Below, piece by piece: positions 63,572 to 64,000 of a DNA stretch of 64,000 nucleotides. The number at the start of each line of letters is the position of its first letter. The first letter of the stretch is position 1. The translations under genes and the position numbers were made by a program. The notes under the pieces are model-generated. The model saw only the letters and a list, made by a program, of their open reading frames with translations, did not search any database and had not been told where the DNA came from. Origin of the DNA: a virus; the IMG/VR virus record IMGVR_UViG_3300024999_000055, positions 1 through 64,000 of that record. One strand, given 5' to 3'.

Positions 63572-64000
63572 TTATTCTACTAATTGAACTCTATCACTTT
63601 GTAAAATCAATGTTCCGTCTTCTTTAACTTCTATTATTCTTTGAATACTATGTTGATAAATAGAATTTTTATATCTTTTTGGTTTGAATATATCTCCTCT
63701 TCTGAAACCAGTTACCAATAATAATTCTGATCTTTTAAACCATCCGTTTTCTAAAATTATTTTTTTAGTTTTTCCTTTATCATCTATACCATTGTCTTTA
63801 GAAATTGTTTTATCATAAAAAGAAAATTGTCCTGAATAAAACTTCAAGGTTACAACACCTTCGGGAGTTAGGATAGTTACTGAATGTTTATTTTTATCTC
63901 TATCTAAAACAGTTCCTATAATTCTATCCAATTGAAACTTGGGATATTGTAATCCTTTATATTTTGTAAACCCAATTACTATGGGTTCTTCAGGTAAAGA
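63572..64000 (-). CDS. dnaE: DNA polymerase III alpha subunit, C-terminal part (runs off window)
   Basis: Frame open to window end (SLPEEP..PKFQLDRIIGTVLDRDK..LLVTGFRRGD), OB-fold-like; adjacent to recD2 as in SPbeta-like replication modules. Confidence 0.7.
   Translation of the reverse strand, partial: SLPEEPIVIGFTKYKGLQYPKFQLDRIIGTVLDRDKNKHSVTILTPEGVVTLKFYSGQFSFYDKTISKDNGIDDKGKTKKIILENGWFKRSELLLVTGFRRGDIFKPKRYKNSIYQHSIQRIIEVKEDGTLILQSDRVQLVE

Noticed and set aside
1-64000. tRNA/rRNA genes, arbitrium aimR/aimP, host chromosome junction
   Set aside because: None recognisable by eye; a tRNAscan run would be needed to fully exclude tRNAs

Overview
A very AT-rich (roughly one quarter GC by eye) 64-kb segment of a large temperate SPbeta-like tailed phage. 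The host is probably an anaerobic spore-forming Bacillota, judging from the class III RNR, copper-amine-oxidase-N stalk domains and sigma-A promoters. No host genes are seen. The plus-strand half holds the end of the tail module (tape measure with SLT domain, Dit, Tal-like, FN3 protein, depolymerase-type fibre), interrupted by HTH/antirepressor morons. Then come a radical SAM moron, amidase and holin, an accessory island (TnpB, SF2 helicase, two HNH proteins, a Mom/DUF4338-like protein, a DGQHR protein) and a large serine integrase with a candidate intact attP at about 33.74 kb. The minus-strand half holds nucleotide-metabolism genes (5'-nucleotidase, gmk, thyA, pyrB, dut, nrdG/nrdD/glutaredoxin), a long array of small hypothetical ORFs, a second TnpB, an intein-containing RecD2 and the 3' end of a DNA polymerase III alpha. 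Most notable signals: (1) two unrelated TnpA-less TnpB loci end in the same 23-nt hairpin, fused to a dispersed arm/6-bp-spacer/arm (dif-like) site that also punctuates the accessory array, a candidate recombinase-mobilised RNA-guided cassette system; (2) a covarying AGGCC-loop leader RNA with a predicted pseudoknot, present twice; (3) a helicase/HNH pair sharing a C-terminal domain beside an origin-like hairpin; (4) repeated ATA/ATT/CTG starts behind strong SD sequences. All family calls are from motif recognition only, with no database search.
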